45,304 nt of DNA, from IMG/VR virus record IMGVR_UViG_3300044445_000054. The stretch is one strand, 5' to 3'. Both the position numbers and the translations under genes were made by a program. Below the pieces are notes generated by a model. That model made no database searches, had not been told where the DNA came from, and saw only the letters and a list, made by a program, of their open reading frames with translations. Below are positions 35,988 to 44,197 of the stretch, one piece after another. Each line of letters starts with the position of its first letter. Position 1 is the first letter of the stretch. The DNA comes from a virus. Taxonomy: Duplodnaviria; Heunggongvirae; Uroviricota; Caudoviricetes.

Positions 35988-36010
35988 TCTCATTTCTACC
36001 GAGTAAAAAT
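35988..36010. promoter_or_regulatory. Palindrome TCTCATTTCTAC-CGA-GTAAAAAT (copy 3 of 3), abutting the endolysin SD
   Basis: 22/23 identical to 9929..9951. Followed directly by AGGAG. Lies in a divergent AT-rich gap. Confidence 0.6.
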
Positions 36011-36027
36011 AGGAGTTACCCCTTACC

Positions 36028-36591
36028 ATGAAGACGAACCCCGCAGGCTTTTTCAAGAACACCATCCTCGTGCACGAGAGCGCGCGGCACTCGGTGGATC
36101 CAGACGATCGCGGCAACTGGCACGGCGGCCGGATGGTCGGCTCCAAGTACGGGGTGACCGGCGACGCACTGGCACGCCACCGCGGCGTGGCTCGCGTGAC
36201 ACGGCAGGACATGGCCGCGCTGGGTGAAGCGGAAGCGATCGCGCTCGGCCTCAAGGGCTACTACCACACCAACGGCATCGACAAGCTGCCGTGGGATGCG
36301 GTGATCGCGGGCGTCGTCGATCTCGGCTTCAACGCCGGACCGGGTGCCGCCGTCAAGGTGCTCCAGCGCCTGATCGGCACGGGCGCGGACGGGCAGGCAG
36401 GCGACGGCACGAAGCGGGCGTACGAGAAGTGGCGCGCCGCGCGCACCGAAGAGAAGGCGATGATCGACTGGACGTCGGCTCGGATCGCCTTCTACGTTGG
36501 CCTCAAGAACCCCAAGTATATCAACGGCTGGACCAACCGCGCACGCAGCTTCGTGCCGGGCGGGTCGTGGTGGAAGGCGAACGTCGGATGA
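36028..36591 (+). CDS. Endolysin, glycoside hydrolase family 108 with C-terminal peptidoglycan-binding domain
   Basis: HE...DPDDRGNW.GG...GSKYGVT, DLGFNAGPG.AVK.LQR, DG..G..T, YINGWTNR. Confidence 0.85.
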   Translation: MKTNPAGFFKNTILVHESARHSVDPDDRGNWHGGRMVGSKYGVTGDALARHRGVARVTRQDMAALGEAEAIALGLKGYYHTNGIDKLPWDAVIAGVVDLGFNAGPGAAVKVLQRLIGTGADGQAGDGTKRAYEKWRAARTEEKAMIDWTSARIAFYVGLKNPKYINGWTNRARSFVPGGSWWKANVG

Positions 36592-36977
36592 GTGCTGCAC
36601 CAATCGCAACCGGTCATCGTTTTCGCTGGACCGTGCTCGCCTTCGTCGCGGCCGGGATACTCGTCAGTGCTCTCGTCGTGTGGCAGCTGTACGAGACAAC
36701 CCCCGCGCGCTGGTGCGCAATCGCCCTGCAGGGTACGAACGAGGGCTGCTTCACGGTCCTGCTCAAGCTCTTGGAGATCAAGGACCACGCCGTCATTGGC
36801 CTGCTCGCGATCCTGGGGCTAACCGTGCTGTCGCTCGTTGCAGTGGCGTTGGGTGTGAACATCAAGGCGGCCGGACCCGGCGGCACCAGTGTGGACATTG
36901 GGGCCGACGATACGACGATCACCACACCTGACGCGTCAGTCACCCTCCCCACCCCTCCTTCCGAGGAAACCCGGTAA
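36588..36977 (+). CDS. Holin candidate (two TM, 129 aa)
   Basis: ATGA overlap with the endolysin. Two long hydrophobic segments. Position in the lysis cassette. Confidence 0.55.
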   Translation: MSAAPIATGHRFRWTVLAFVAAGILVSALVVWQLYETTPARWCAIALQGTNEGCFTVLLKLLEIKDHAVIGLLAILGLTVLSLVAVALGVNIKAAGPGGTSVDIGADDTTITTPDASVTLPTPPSEETR

Positions 36978-37408
36978 TGTTCGGCCTCGCCTTTCCCTCC
37001 CCTTGGAAGCTCGCCACCGGCGGCGCGGCCATCATTGCGCTGCTCCTCACGGTGTTGCTGTTCTCCAGCTACAAGGTCAACCAAGACCTGACGCAGCAGC
37101 GCGCGGTCCTCCAGAAGTCGATCAACGACCCTGAGACCGGCTTCATCGTCCAGCTGGCGCAGGCCCGCACCAACGTCGAGACCTTGAAGGTCGAGGTCGA
37201 GCGGCAGAGCCAAGCGTACGACAAGCTCTCCAAGGACAGCGAAATTGCGCTGGCCGCGGCTCGCGCGAAACTTGCGGTCGCGCAGCAGGAGACCAAGGCT
37301 ATCGAACGGAAAGTAGCCGGTTTTCTCGCAACCAAGCCACAAGGGGCTACCCTCGAAGATCGCATTCGCGATATTGACGACAGGGCCATGAAGGAGTTCC
37401 TGCCGTGA
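36977..37408 (+). CDS. i-spanin (Rz-like)
   Basis: N-terminal TM followed by a long coiled coil. Upstream of a lipoprotein gene. Confidence 0.75.
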   Translation: MFGLAFPSPWKLATGGAAIIALLLTVLLFSSYKVNQDLTQQRAVLQKSINDPETGFIVQLAQARTNVETLKVEVERQSQAYDKLSKDSEIALAAARAKLAVAQQETKAIERKVAGFLATKPQGATLEDRIRDIDDRAMKEFLP

Positions 37409-37704
37409 AGTTCATACTAGCCCTGATGCTCCTTCCTCTGGCCGCCTGTGCCACGAAGGAGCTGCCGCGGCCGGAGCCGATCGTCGTGGTCAAAGAGGTG
37501 AAGGTGCCCGTCGCAGTGTCCTGCATCCCCCAGACCTACAACGAGAAGCGTCCCGACTACGTGGACAGCAACGAGGCCCTGCGCGCTGCGCTGGACCCCG
37601 GTGACCGATACCAGCTCCTGTGGGCTGGGCGCGCACAGCGCATCGCCCGCGAGGGCGAGAACGAGGCGGTCATCTCTGGATGTCCGCGAGGGAGTTTGAA
37701 GTGA
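37405..37704 (+). CDS. o-spanin (Rz1-like lipoprotein), separated-type
   Basis: Signal peptide II with lipobox LAA-C, Pro-rich linker and terminal Cys. Confidence 0.8.
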   Translation: MKFILALMLLPLAACATKELPRPEPIVVVKEVKVPVAVSCIPQTYNEKRPDYVDSNEALRAALDPGDRYQLLWAGRAQRIAREGENEAVISGCPRGSLK

Positions 37705-37705
37705 G

Positions 37706-38098
37706 ATGCCCGATCAGTACGTCGATCAGGTCGCCCGCGATCGCGCGGGCGACGCGGTGCATGACATCAGGAACTTCCGCGCGGTAGCGGAGGTCCAGCT
37801 GCGCCAGCTGGACACGAAGATCGAGACCACTCACGCCGAGACCAACAGCAAGATCGACCGGATCGAGAGCGCGATCAAGTGGGCGGGCGGCCTGATCCTG
37901 TCGACCATCCTCGCCGTACTGGCGTGGGCGGTCAGCCAGCAGATCAATGCCAACGAGTCGCAGAAGCGCGAGATGGCCCAGCAGATCGAAATCTTGAAGA
38001 CTCAGGAGCGGGCGCGTGTGGACGCCCGCTCCGAAATCCTGTCGAGGCTACCGCCCCGTGCTACCGAAGCCCCCGCTCCCTCGGAGGGTGGCCGGTAG
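37706..38098 (+). CDS. Single-TM coiled-coil membrane protein (holin/antiholin-like hypothetical)
   Basis: Coiled coil, then WAGGLILSTILAVLAWAV, then coiled coil. Last gene of the lysis cassette. Confidence 0.6.
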   Translation: MPDQYVDQVARDRAGDAVHDIRNFRAVAEVQLRQLDTKIETTHAETNSKIDRIESAIKWAGGLILSTILAVLAWAVSQQINANESQKREMAQQIEILKTQERARVDARSEILSRLPPRATEAPAPSEGGR

Positions 38099-38500
38099 TT
38101 CTTCGACCGCCGTCACTGCTGGGCCGTAGACCTCGGAGAAGGCCAGCTGGGCGATGCGGTCGCCGACCTTGATGTGTAGGACTTCGCTGCCGAAGTTCGA
38201 TAGCACGACCATGACCTCGCCGCGGTAGTCGGAGTCAATCGTCCCGATCCCATTGGTCACGAACACGGCGTGCTTCGCCGCTAGTCCACTTCGGCTGCGC
38301 ACCTGCATCTCGTATCCCTCGGGCACGGCGAACGCGAGACCAGTGTGAATTGCGGCGGTCTTGCCGGGCGGTAGCGGAAAGTCCTCCGCCGACTGGAGGT
38401 CCATCGCCGCCGCACCCGCCGTGGCGAACCGGGGCAGATCGTTCGTCGTAGGAAAGGTCGACAGGCGCTGAACGAGCACCGGGGGCATTGTCTTTCGCAT
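38048..38500 (-). CDS. dut: Trimeric dUTPase
   Basis: All five motifs: AAAMDL, RSGLA, GTIDSDYRGE, GDRIAQL, RGSGGFGSTG. GGAG SD 7 nt before ATG 38500. Confidence 0.95.
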   Translation of the reverse strand: MRKTMPPVLVQRLSTFPTTNDLPRFATAGAAAMDLQSAEDFPLPPGKTAAIHTGLAFAVPEGYEMQVRSRSGLAAKHAVFVTNGIGTIDSDYRGEVMVVLSNFGSEVLHIKVGDRIAQLAFSEVYGPAVTAVEELPATLRGSGGFGSTGR

Positions 38501-38774
38501 AGGTCATCTCCAACCATGATATGCCAGTGGTAACGGCCGACCGGAGCAGGTCCGGCCGGTGTACGCCCAGGCACAGGGCGTAGCGATTTTCAAAGGGACG
38601 GTGACTGCTGATGCGGATCACCTTCCGATCTAGGCTGTCGGGGTGCAGAATGAGATACCGGCTATCCGAGTGCAAGACGTGGCTCGCCTGAATGGTGCAG
38701 GGCACCCCCAGCGCACGAGCCGCATCATAGAGCTTTACTGCAACCTCAGCGCTGTTCTTTGGCGGCTGAGACAC
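38235..38774 (-). CDS. Hypothetical protein; first about 90 codons fill the gap between nuclease and dut, remainder overlaps dut out of frame
   Basis: Only ORF covering 38501-38745 on the operon strand. S.Y...IRISSH motif. Atypical codon use. Confidence 0.4.
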   Translation of the reverse strand: MSQPPKNSAEVAVKLYDAARALGVPCTIQASHVLHSDSRYLILHPDSLDRKVIRISSHRPFENRYALCLGVHRPDLLRSAVTTGISWLEMTYAKDNAPGARSAPVDLSYDERSAPVRHGGCGGDGPPVGGGLSATARQDRRNSHWSRVRRARGIRDAGAQPKWTSGEARRVRDQWDRDD

Positions 38775-39717
38775 GGAGGGACATCCTTTCTTCGATGAAC
38801 CCCCGGACGCGGGGGTCGCGATCGGCGATGCGCTCTCTCACAATACGATGGAAGTCGTAATCGTCAACTGACACCGTAATATCATCATCTTCCTGCTCCG
38901 CCTGTAACCGCTTGTGGGTCAAAGCGAGGCAGTCAACCTCCGGCAGGTCAACGCCCTGCGGCAGGAGCACGCGGACGTGCTTGTCGTGGAGGTCGGTGCG
39001 GAACATCGCATCCTCCAGCGAGAGCGTGACATACATGTCGCCCTCGCCGTGCGCGTACGGCTCCATCGAGCCGGTGCAGTTCACTTCTCCGTATCGACCG
39101 GAGACATGGTAGTGCCCTGACCAAATCCCACCAAGATCGGGCCACGCAGCGCGCAGTGCGGCAACAGGAGCGAGGTGGTCGTCCTTGCCGTCGAAGACGG
39201 ACAAGTCCCAGTGCCCGACGGCGTGCTCGATGCCCACAGCATTCGCAACATCAGCGACTTGATCGTCAGCACGGCGGTCCCACTCCCACGGAAAAAAGGC
39301 GATGCGGCCGACCGCGGCGGGTCGGTCGAGGATAATCAGATTGGCGAAGCGCCCCTGCGTCATTTCGCGGAAGGCATGCCACGCGCCGACCAGCGCCAGA
39401 TTGCGCGGCTTGTCGTGGTTCCCGGCGATGAAGACGTAGACGGTGCCGCTGTTGCGCTCCGCGGCCGACAGCGTGGCGCGGGCGGCGGCGACGATCACGG
39501 CGTCGGGGACGTACGGGTTGTCGAACAGGTCGCCGATCATGACGACGAACTCGACGTCCGCTTCCAGCTCGTCGGCGAAGTGCGCGGCCTGTCGGCTCTC
39601 ACGCTCGCCCAGCCGGTGCTGGAGGATGCCCTGATCCTCGCCGAACTTTTTGCCGAGGTGCGGGTCACCGATCAGGTGAACCCGCTCGCCGGTCGATAGG
39701 GTGAAGTCGTTGTACAT
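38746..39717 (-). CDS. SbcD/Mre11-like (T4 gp47-like) metallophosphoesterase nuclease
   Basis: IGDPHLG, IGDLFD, AGNHD, VGHW, SGHYH, GS motifs. Partner ATPase at 34026..35945. Confidence 0.9.
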   Translation of the reverse strand: MYNDFTLSTGERVHLIGDPHLGKKFGEDQGILQHRLGERESRQAAHFADELEADVEFVVMIGDLFDNPYVPDAVIVAAARATLSAAERNSGTVYVFIAGNHDKPRNLALVGAWHAFREMTQGRFANLIILDRPAAVGRIAFFPWEWDRRADDQVADVANAVGIEHAVGHWDLSVFDGKDDHLAPVAALRAAWPDLGGIWSGHYHVSGRYGEVNCTGSMEPYAHGEGDMYVTLSLEDAMFRTDLHDKHVRVLLPQGVDLPEVDCLALTHKRLQAEQEDDDITVSVDDYDFHRIVRERIADRDPRVRGFIEERMSLRVSAAKEQR

Positions 39718-39726
39718 GTTGCCCCT

Positions 39727-39756
39727 AAAACGAAGAGGGGAGCCGAAGCTCCCCTC
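39727..39756 (-). terminator. Rho-independent terminator (minus strand)
   Basis: On the minus strand GAGGGGAGC-TTCG-GCTCCCCTC then TTCGTTTT. Confidence 0.85.
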
Positions 39757-39761
39757 AAAGG

Positions 39762-39935
39762 TCAGCCCGTGATCGCGCCGGGGCGGACCTTGCGGACCTT
39801 GCCGCCGCTGTCCTTGGTCACGACGAACTGGCCGTCGTGGCCGGTAACCTCGGCACCGCTGACGGCAACGCGCGTCGGACCGGCGAGGAAGGAAACGTTG
39901 CTGCCAATGGCGAACTCGGTGGGGGACTTGCTCAT
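39762..39935 (-). CDS. 57-aa small beta-barrel (SH3/Tudor/KOW-like) protein
   Basis: Below the ORF-track cutoff. MSKSPTEFAIGSNVSFLAGPTRVAVSGAEVTGHDGQFVVTKDSGGKVRKVRPGAITG. AGGAG SD, strong codon bias, own terminator. Confidence 0.75.
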   Translation of the reverse strand: MSKSPTEFAIGSNVSFLAGPTRVAVSGAEVTGHDGQFVVTKDSGGKVRKVRPGAITG

Positions 39936-39969
39936 GTTCAATCTCCTGCGCGGACGTGCGCTGTCAGGT

Positions 39970-39997
39970 TCAATAAGACCTAGAACATATAGGTCAA
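39970..39997 (-). promoter_or_regulatory. Sigma70-like promoter TTGACC-N16-TATTGA with overlapping inverted repeat GACCTA-N7-TAGGTC (39977-39995)
   Basis: AT-rich gap upstream of the 57-aa gene. Confidence 0.5.
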
Positions 39998-40000
39998 GGA

Positions 40001-40240
40001 CTAATCACGCGCAGTCCAGATCAGAAGAACCAAAAGTCCTGCGAGCGCGGAGGCGATGGCCCGCGCGCCGCCGATCGTCGGCGTCGACCAAGTCGAGAGC
40101 ATGCAGGCCGTGTCGCCGTCCTCCATCGTCGCGAGGCAGATCGTGGCCCCGTCGCTGGCGAACCAGTACCACAGGATGTATCCGAAGGCGGCGACAACGA
40201 TCGTCAGCAGCACACGGATGATGAGGTCGAGCGGGTTCAT
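40001..40240 (-). CDS. Small two-TM membrane protein (79 aa)
   Basis: ATG 40240 overlaps the upstream stop. Two TM segments flank a loop with two Cys. Confidence 0.7.
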   Translation of the reverse strand: MNPLDLIIRVLLTIVVAAFGYILWYWFASDGATICLATMEDGDTACMLSTWSTPTIGGARAIASALAGLLVLLIWTARD

Positions 40241-40800
40241 GCGATCGACGCCGTCACATGAGCGCGCTTGGCCTTGAACATGCAATCGATCTGCCACGCC
40301 ACGTCGTGCAGGGCGTTGTGCTTGGAGCCACCGGCGGGGAAGGGCACCTCGTCCTCGATCGTGGTCTTGGTCGCCTGCCCTCGCAGGCCGCTGATCCAGC
40401 TATGCATGTCGAGGTACTTGCCGTGGGCGAACGGGAAGACAATGTCGAGGTCGAGCATGTTGCTCTCGATCAGCGGCCAATCGAACTTCACCGGCTTGGC
40501 GACGAAGATGTAGCCACCGAACGGCGCGTCCTTCGAGCAGAAATCGGCGAAGGCTTGGAAGACCTCGCGCGCCGGGCGCTGCCGGGCGATGATTGAGGAC
40601 AGCACGTCGCGGTTGTCCTGCATCCAGAACTTGCGGGTGCTGTCGTCCCACCGGCGGCGCGGCAGGATCATCGGACACATGTCGAAGGCGGCCCCGACCT
40701 TCAAGGTCATGGGGTTGAACTTCATGGCGGCGATCTGAATGATGCCTGCGAGGTCGGGGGTCACGCCGGTTGTCTCGACGTCGACCATGATGTGTGTCAT
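40237..40800 (-). CDS. DEDDh 3'-5' exonuclease
   Basis: MVDVETTG (ExoI), FDWPLI (ExoII), HNALHDV (ExoIII). ATG 40800 is coupled to the upstream stop (track start 40809). Confidence 0.9.
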   Translation of the reverse strand: MTHIMVDVETTGVTPDLAGIIQIAAMKFNPMTLKVGAAFDMCPMILPRRRWDDSTRKFWMQDNRDVLSSIIARQRPAREVFQAFADFCSKDAPFGGYIFVAKPVKFDWPLIESNMLDLDIVFPFAHGKYLDMHSWISGLRGQATKTTIEDEVPFPAGGSKHNALHDVAWQIDCMFKAKRAHVTASIA

Positions 40801-41210
40801 TTCGTCCACGGGGTCATATCCTCAAACTTGATGGAGCGCTTGCCCGTCTTCAGGGCGTGCGCGTACTGGGCACACGTCATAGTGTACCAGCGGCCTAATG
40901 TATAACTAAATATGTAGAACGTGTACGCGCCGTGGCCCTTGAGATATTCCTGCTGGGCCGCTGCATCCTGTCCGCTCTCGATCTGCTTGAACGGGAAGGC
41001 GTCCTTGTGCCACGTCGACTTGACCTCGGCGTAGTGCAGGGGCACGTCGGGCGCGGACACGAGGAAGTCCGACGGTTTCTTGAAGTCGTTGATGCGGGCA
41101 CCCGCATTGATCGCCATCAAGTCCTTGCGGTCCCGCAGCCGCTGGATGTGGCCGCGTGTCGTCCAGTAGGCGACGAAGGACCGCTCGGCTTCCTTGCCAT
41201 CGTTCTTCAC
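40797..41210 (-). CDS. PD-(D/E)xK nuclease, RecU-like Holliday junction resolvase
   Basis: KPSDFLV...YAEVKS...FPFKQIESGQ. GTG 41210 overlaps the upstream stop. Confidence 0.7.
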   Translation of the reverse strand: MKNDGKEAERSFVAYWTTRGHIQRLRDRKDLMAINAGARINDFKKPSDFLVSAPDVPLHYAEVKSTWHKDAFPFKQIESGQDAAAQQEYLKGHGAYTFYIFSYTLGRWYTMTCAQYAHALKTGKRSIKFEDMTPWTK

Positions 41211-41428
41211 GCCTCCGGCTCCGCAAAGCGGATGCTGACGTTGCGCACGATCAGCGCGAAGGCGACGAAGCCCAGCGCCGTCCCCCGTGCACCCGCCGAC
41301 CATGCGCCGGGGTTCAGCTCCCACCACACCCACGCCGTGCACAGATACGAGGCTGCGACGATGAGGGTGGTCAGGATCAGCATACCCAGCAGGCGGCCGA
41401 CGACTTCACGAGGGACGGTGATCTTCAT
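41207..41428 (-). CDS. Small two-TM membrane protein (73 aa)
   Basis: ATG 41428 overlaps the polymerase stop. Two hydrophobic segments. Confidence 0.7.
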   Translation of the reverse strand: MKITVPREVVGRLLGMLILTTLIVAASYLCTAWVWWELNPGAWSAGARGTALGFVAFALIVRNVSIRFAEPEA

Positions 41429-44025
41429 GCGAACATCCAATCTAACAGTTCTTCGACCTTATGATCGTCGAGCTTCGTTCCTTCAAGCTCTTTATCGACC
41501 ACGCCGTCAATGAACTGAGCCTCGTCCAGCTCGACCTGACTGAACGCCGTGCCGTCGAAGGGGCGGAACGTGCGCCCGATCGCGACTGTGCAGTTGAGCG
41601 GGAAGTGCTTCACGATGTCGCCGTGCTCGCCCATCGCCTGCCGCAGCATGGGGATGAACGCCATGACGTCGTCCTTGTGGACCGAGAAGACCAGCTCGTC
41701 GTGGATCGGCATCATCAGACGGTAGCGCAGGTCAGCGGCGATCTTACGCAGGTTCAGGAGCGACCGCTTGGCGAGCGTCGCGCACGTCCCTTGGATCATC
41801 GCGTTGACGACCTGATTGCGACCGCGGGCCTGCACCCGCTTGACCGCCGTCTCGGCGTACTCGACGAGGCGCGGGCTGGCTGACAGCGCCATGAACTTGC
41901 CGATCATCGCCGACCGCCACGCCTGCGTGCACTCGAAGCGGTTGCGCTGGTGGCCGTCCGGCAGGGTGATGAAGCCGTTCATGCTGGCCTCGTTCTGCAG
42001 GGCGACACGCCACTGTTCCTCGTCGGGGAAGCGCTCGCGGTACTTGTCCACCAGCTCCCAATGCTCGTCGTCGGTCAGGCCCGCGTTGTTGGCGACCGTC
42101 GACATGGCACCGGAGTACCAGTAGCCGAAGTTCATGCCCTTCCCGATCGCGGTGCCGCGCGACCACTTGTGGAAGTCCTTGGGCGTCAGGTCGCGGCCAG
42201 AGAAGTCCTTCATCGGTCGGCCGTTGGGGTTGCGACCGAACTTGAACTCCTTGAACTCGGCCTCGGTCAGCCCCGGCATCGCCTTGATCGAAAGGCAGTC
42301 GACGGCGGCACCGGAGTGGGCGTCGCCGTACGGCAGCTGGCCGTAGATGGGCTTGAACCCACCCTGTCCGCCAGCGAAGTCGCCGATCAGGACTAGCTCG
42401 ATGGCGCTCCAGTCGGCAGAGACGACCACATGGTCGTCGGCATCGCCAAGATAGAATGACCGAATGTACGCGCTGTCACCCGATCGAGCCAGCTGCATCG
42501 GATTGGGGAAGGAGGTGGCGAGGCGACGCGTCGCCAGCTGGGAGGAGAGGCTGGGGTAAACACGGCTGGTCTCCGGGTCCATGAGCTGGGTGTAGGGGGT
42601 CAGGTACAGCTTCACGCGCTGCTCGATGTCGGCCATCGTCTGCAGGTCACGCATGATCTGCTTGGTGTTCTCCAGCATTTCCGCGTCGTGCGTGTTGCCG
42701 GGCACCTCCCCGTCCAGCTTCTCGCGGATGCGGCCACGCGCCTCCTTGTCGGACGCGACGCTGCCTTCGTCGTACTGCATCGGCACGCGCAGCAGATCGT
42801 ACATGATCGTCCGCATGGCGTGGTAATAGACGATGTTCAGCTTGCCGGACGCTGGCACCTTGCTGCCCTTCTCCGCCGCCCACGCATTGCCGATCGGGTT
42901 CGACACCTGAAAGACCTGTGTGAAGTCGTCGTCACTGTCCGGCGAGCGCGCCCAGTCCTCGATCTGCTTGCGCTTCTTCTCCCACCCCTTCGGATACCAT
43001 GACAGCTCCTTGCGCATCAGGTCGGGATGCGGCTCGGCGGGGAACGGCAGCGCGCAGCGCACGCGGTCTTTGAACTCGCGCAGCAGCGTGGCCATGTTCT
43101 CGCGCTCGACGTCGCGGCGCTTGAACACCTGCTCCAGATCAAGGCGGATGCCCTCACGCCACGAGTCGGCGTAGATGTAGACCATCGGGTTCTCTTGGAC
43201 GAAGAACGCCTTGAGAGCCTTGGGGTTGTTCTTAATCATGTCGTCGAACATGCGACGGTAGTGGCGCACGGCCCAGTACGCGTCGTCCGCACCGTAGGCG
43301 GCGACCTGCTCGCCGGTGAGCTGGCCCATGTGGGTCTTCTCGCCCAGCACTTCCTTGAAGGTCGTCTGCTCGACGCCGAAGGCCGATTTCGTCAGGGCCT
43401 TGAGCGAGTAGCCCATCGCGATCGACTTGACGAAGCCGTTGTACGAGTGCTCCGCCTTCGACTCCTTGGCGATGAACTTGCCCAGCAGCTCCTTGTCGAT
43501 GCCCTCTTCCTGCTGCTTGATGACCTCGGCGGCGATCTTGTGGAAGGCCTTGGGCAGCGGCGCGTCGTAGAAGGCACCGATGTCGTACTGGTCGGGGCCG
43601 TGATGCGACACCGCCATCTGCAAGGTGCAGACGAAATCCTGGAGGTCGATGTCGTGGCACTGCTTGAACATGACCAGCTCGAACGGCAGGTTGTGCGCGA
43701 CGCCGATCACGCCCTTGCCCGCCTCGACGATGAGCTTGACGATCGCCGGGTGCAGCCGGTTCTCCACGTCCGCGTGCGCGAGGTTGTAGTAGTAGGCGGT
43801 GTCGCTGCCCTCGACGTAGGTCGACATGCCCGTCATCGTCGTGCGGCGGTGGTCGAACACCAGCCGCATGGCGTTGCAGTAGGCGTTCAGCCCCTCGTGC
43901 CGCGTCTCCACGTCGGTCGTCTCGCAGTCGAGACCCCAGAGCTTGGCCTGCCGCAGCTCTTCGAGGATGCCCGGCAGCAGGTCACGGACGTTGCGGTTGT
44001 CGACGAGGACGGTCTTGATGGTCAT
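41425..44025 (-). CDS. polA: Family A DNA polymerase with 3'-5' exonuclease domain
   Basis: GLDCETT and AHN exonuclease motifs. T.RLA...PN.MQL, motif A SADWSAIE, motif B KGMNFGYWY, motif C PIHDELVF. Confidence 0.95.
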   Translation of the reverse strand: MTIKTVLVDNRNVRDLLPGILEELRQAKLWGLDCETTDVETRHEGLNAYCNAMRLVFDHRRTTMTGMSTYVEGSDTAYYYNLAHADVENRLHPAIVKLIVEAGKGVIGVAHNLPFELVMFKQCHDIDLQDFVCTLQMAVSHHGPDQYDIGAFYDAPLPKAFHKIAAEVIKQQEEGIDKELLGKFIAKESKAEHSYNGFVKSIAMGYSLKALTKSAFGVEQTTFKEVLGEKTHMGQLTGEQVAAYGADDAYWAVRHYRRMFDDMIKNNPKALKAFFVQENPMVYIYADSWREGIRLDLEQVFKRRDVERENMATLLREFKDRVRCALPFPAEPHPDLMRKELSWYPKGWEKKRKQIEDWARSPDSDDDFTQVFQVSNPIGNAWAAEKGSKVPASGKLNIVYYHAMRTIMYDLLRVPMQYDEGSVASDKEARGRIREKLDGEVPGNTHDAEMLENTKQIMRDLQTMADIEQRVKLYLTPYTQLMDPETSRVYPSLSSQLATRRLATSFPNPMQLARSGDSAYIRSFYLGDADDHVVVSADWSAIELVLIGDFAGGQGGFKPIYGQLPYGDAHSGAAVDCLSIKAMPGLTEAEFKEFKFGRNPNGRPMKDFSGRDLTPKDFHKWSRGTAIGKGMNFGYWYSGAMSTVANNAGLTDDEHWELVDKYRERFPDEEQWRVALQNEASMNGFITLPDGHQRNRFECTQAWRSAMIGKFMALSASPRLVEYAETAVKRVQARGRNQVVNAMIQGTCATLAKRSLLNLRKIAADLRYRLMMPIHDELVFSVHKDDVMAFIPMLRQAMGEHGDIVKHFPLNCTVAIGRTFRPFDGTAFSQVELDEAQFIDGVVDKELEGTKLDDHKVEELLDWMFA

Positions 44026-44195
44026 AGCGGGTCTTTCGAGAAAGGCTCATTGGCAGCGACCCACCGGACGAAGTGGCGGTTCGATGGCGTGTCGGCATAA
44101 TACATCGTCACGACGCTGCCGTCCTGCTGAATGATCGGGCAGGGCAGCAGGTGGCCGGAGAGCGATGGCACGACGGTGTCGTTGAGCAGGCTCAT
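44022..44195 (-). CDS. Hypothetical protein (57 aa)
   Basis: Below the track cutoff. MSLLNDTVVPSLSGHLLPCP...EPFSKDPL exactly fills the gap, and its stop overlaps the polymerase ATG. Confidence 0.6.
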   Translation of the reverse strand: MSLLNDTVVPSLSGHLLPCPIIQQDGSVVTMYYADTPSNRHFVRWVAANEPFSKDPL

Positions 44196-44197
44196 GG

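Noticed and set aside
6633-44025. Inteins or self-splicing introns in terminase, polymerase or ThyA
   Set aside because: All three read as contiguous proteins of ordinary size with correctly spaced motifs and no homing-endonuclease signatures.
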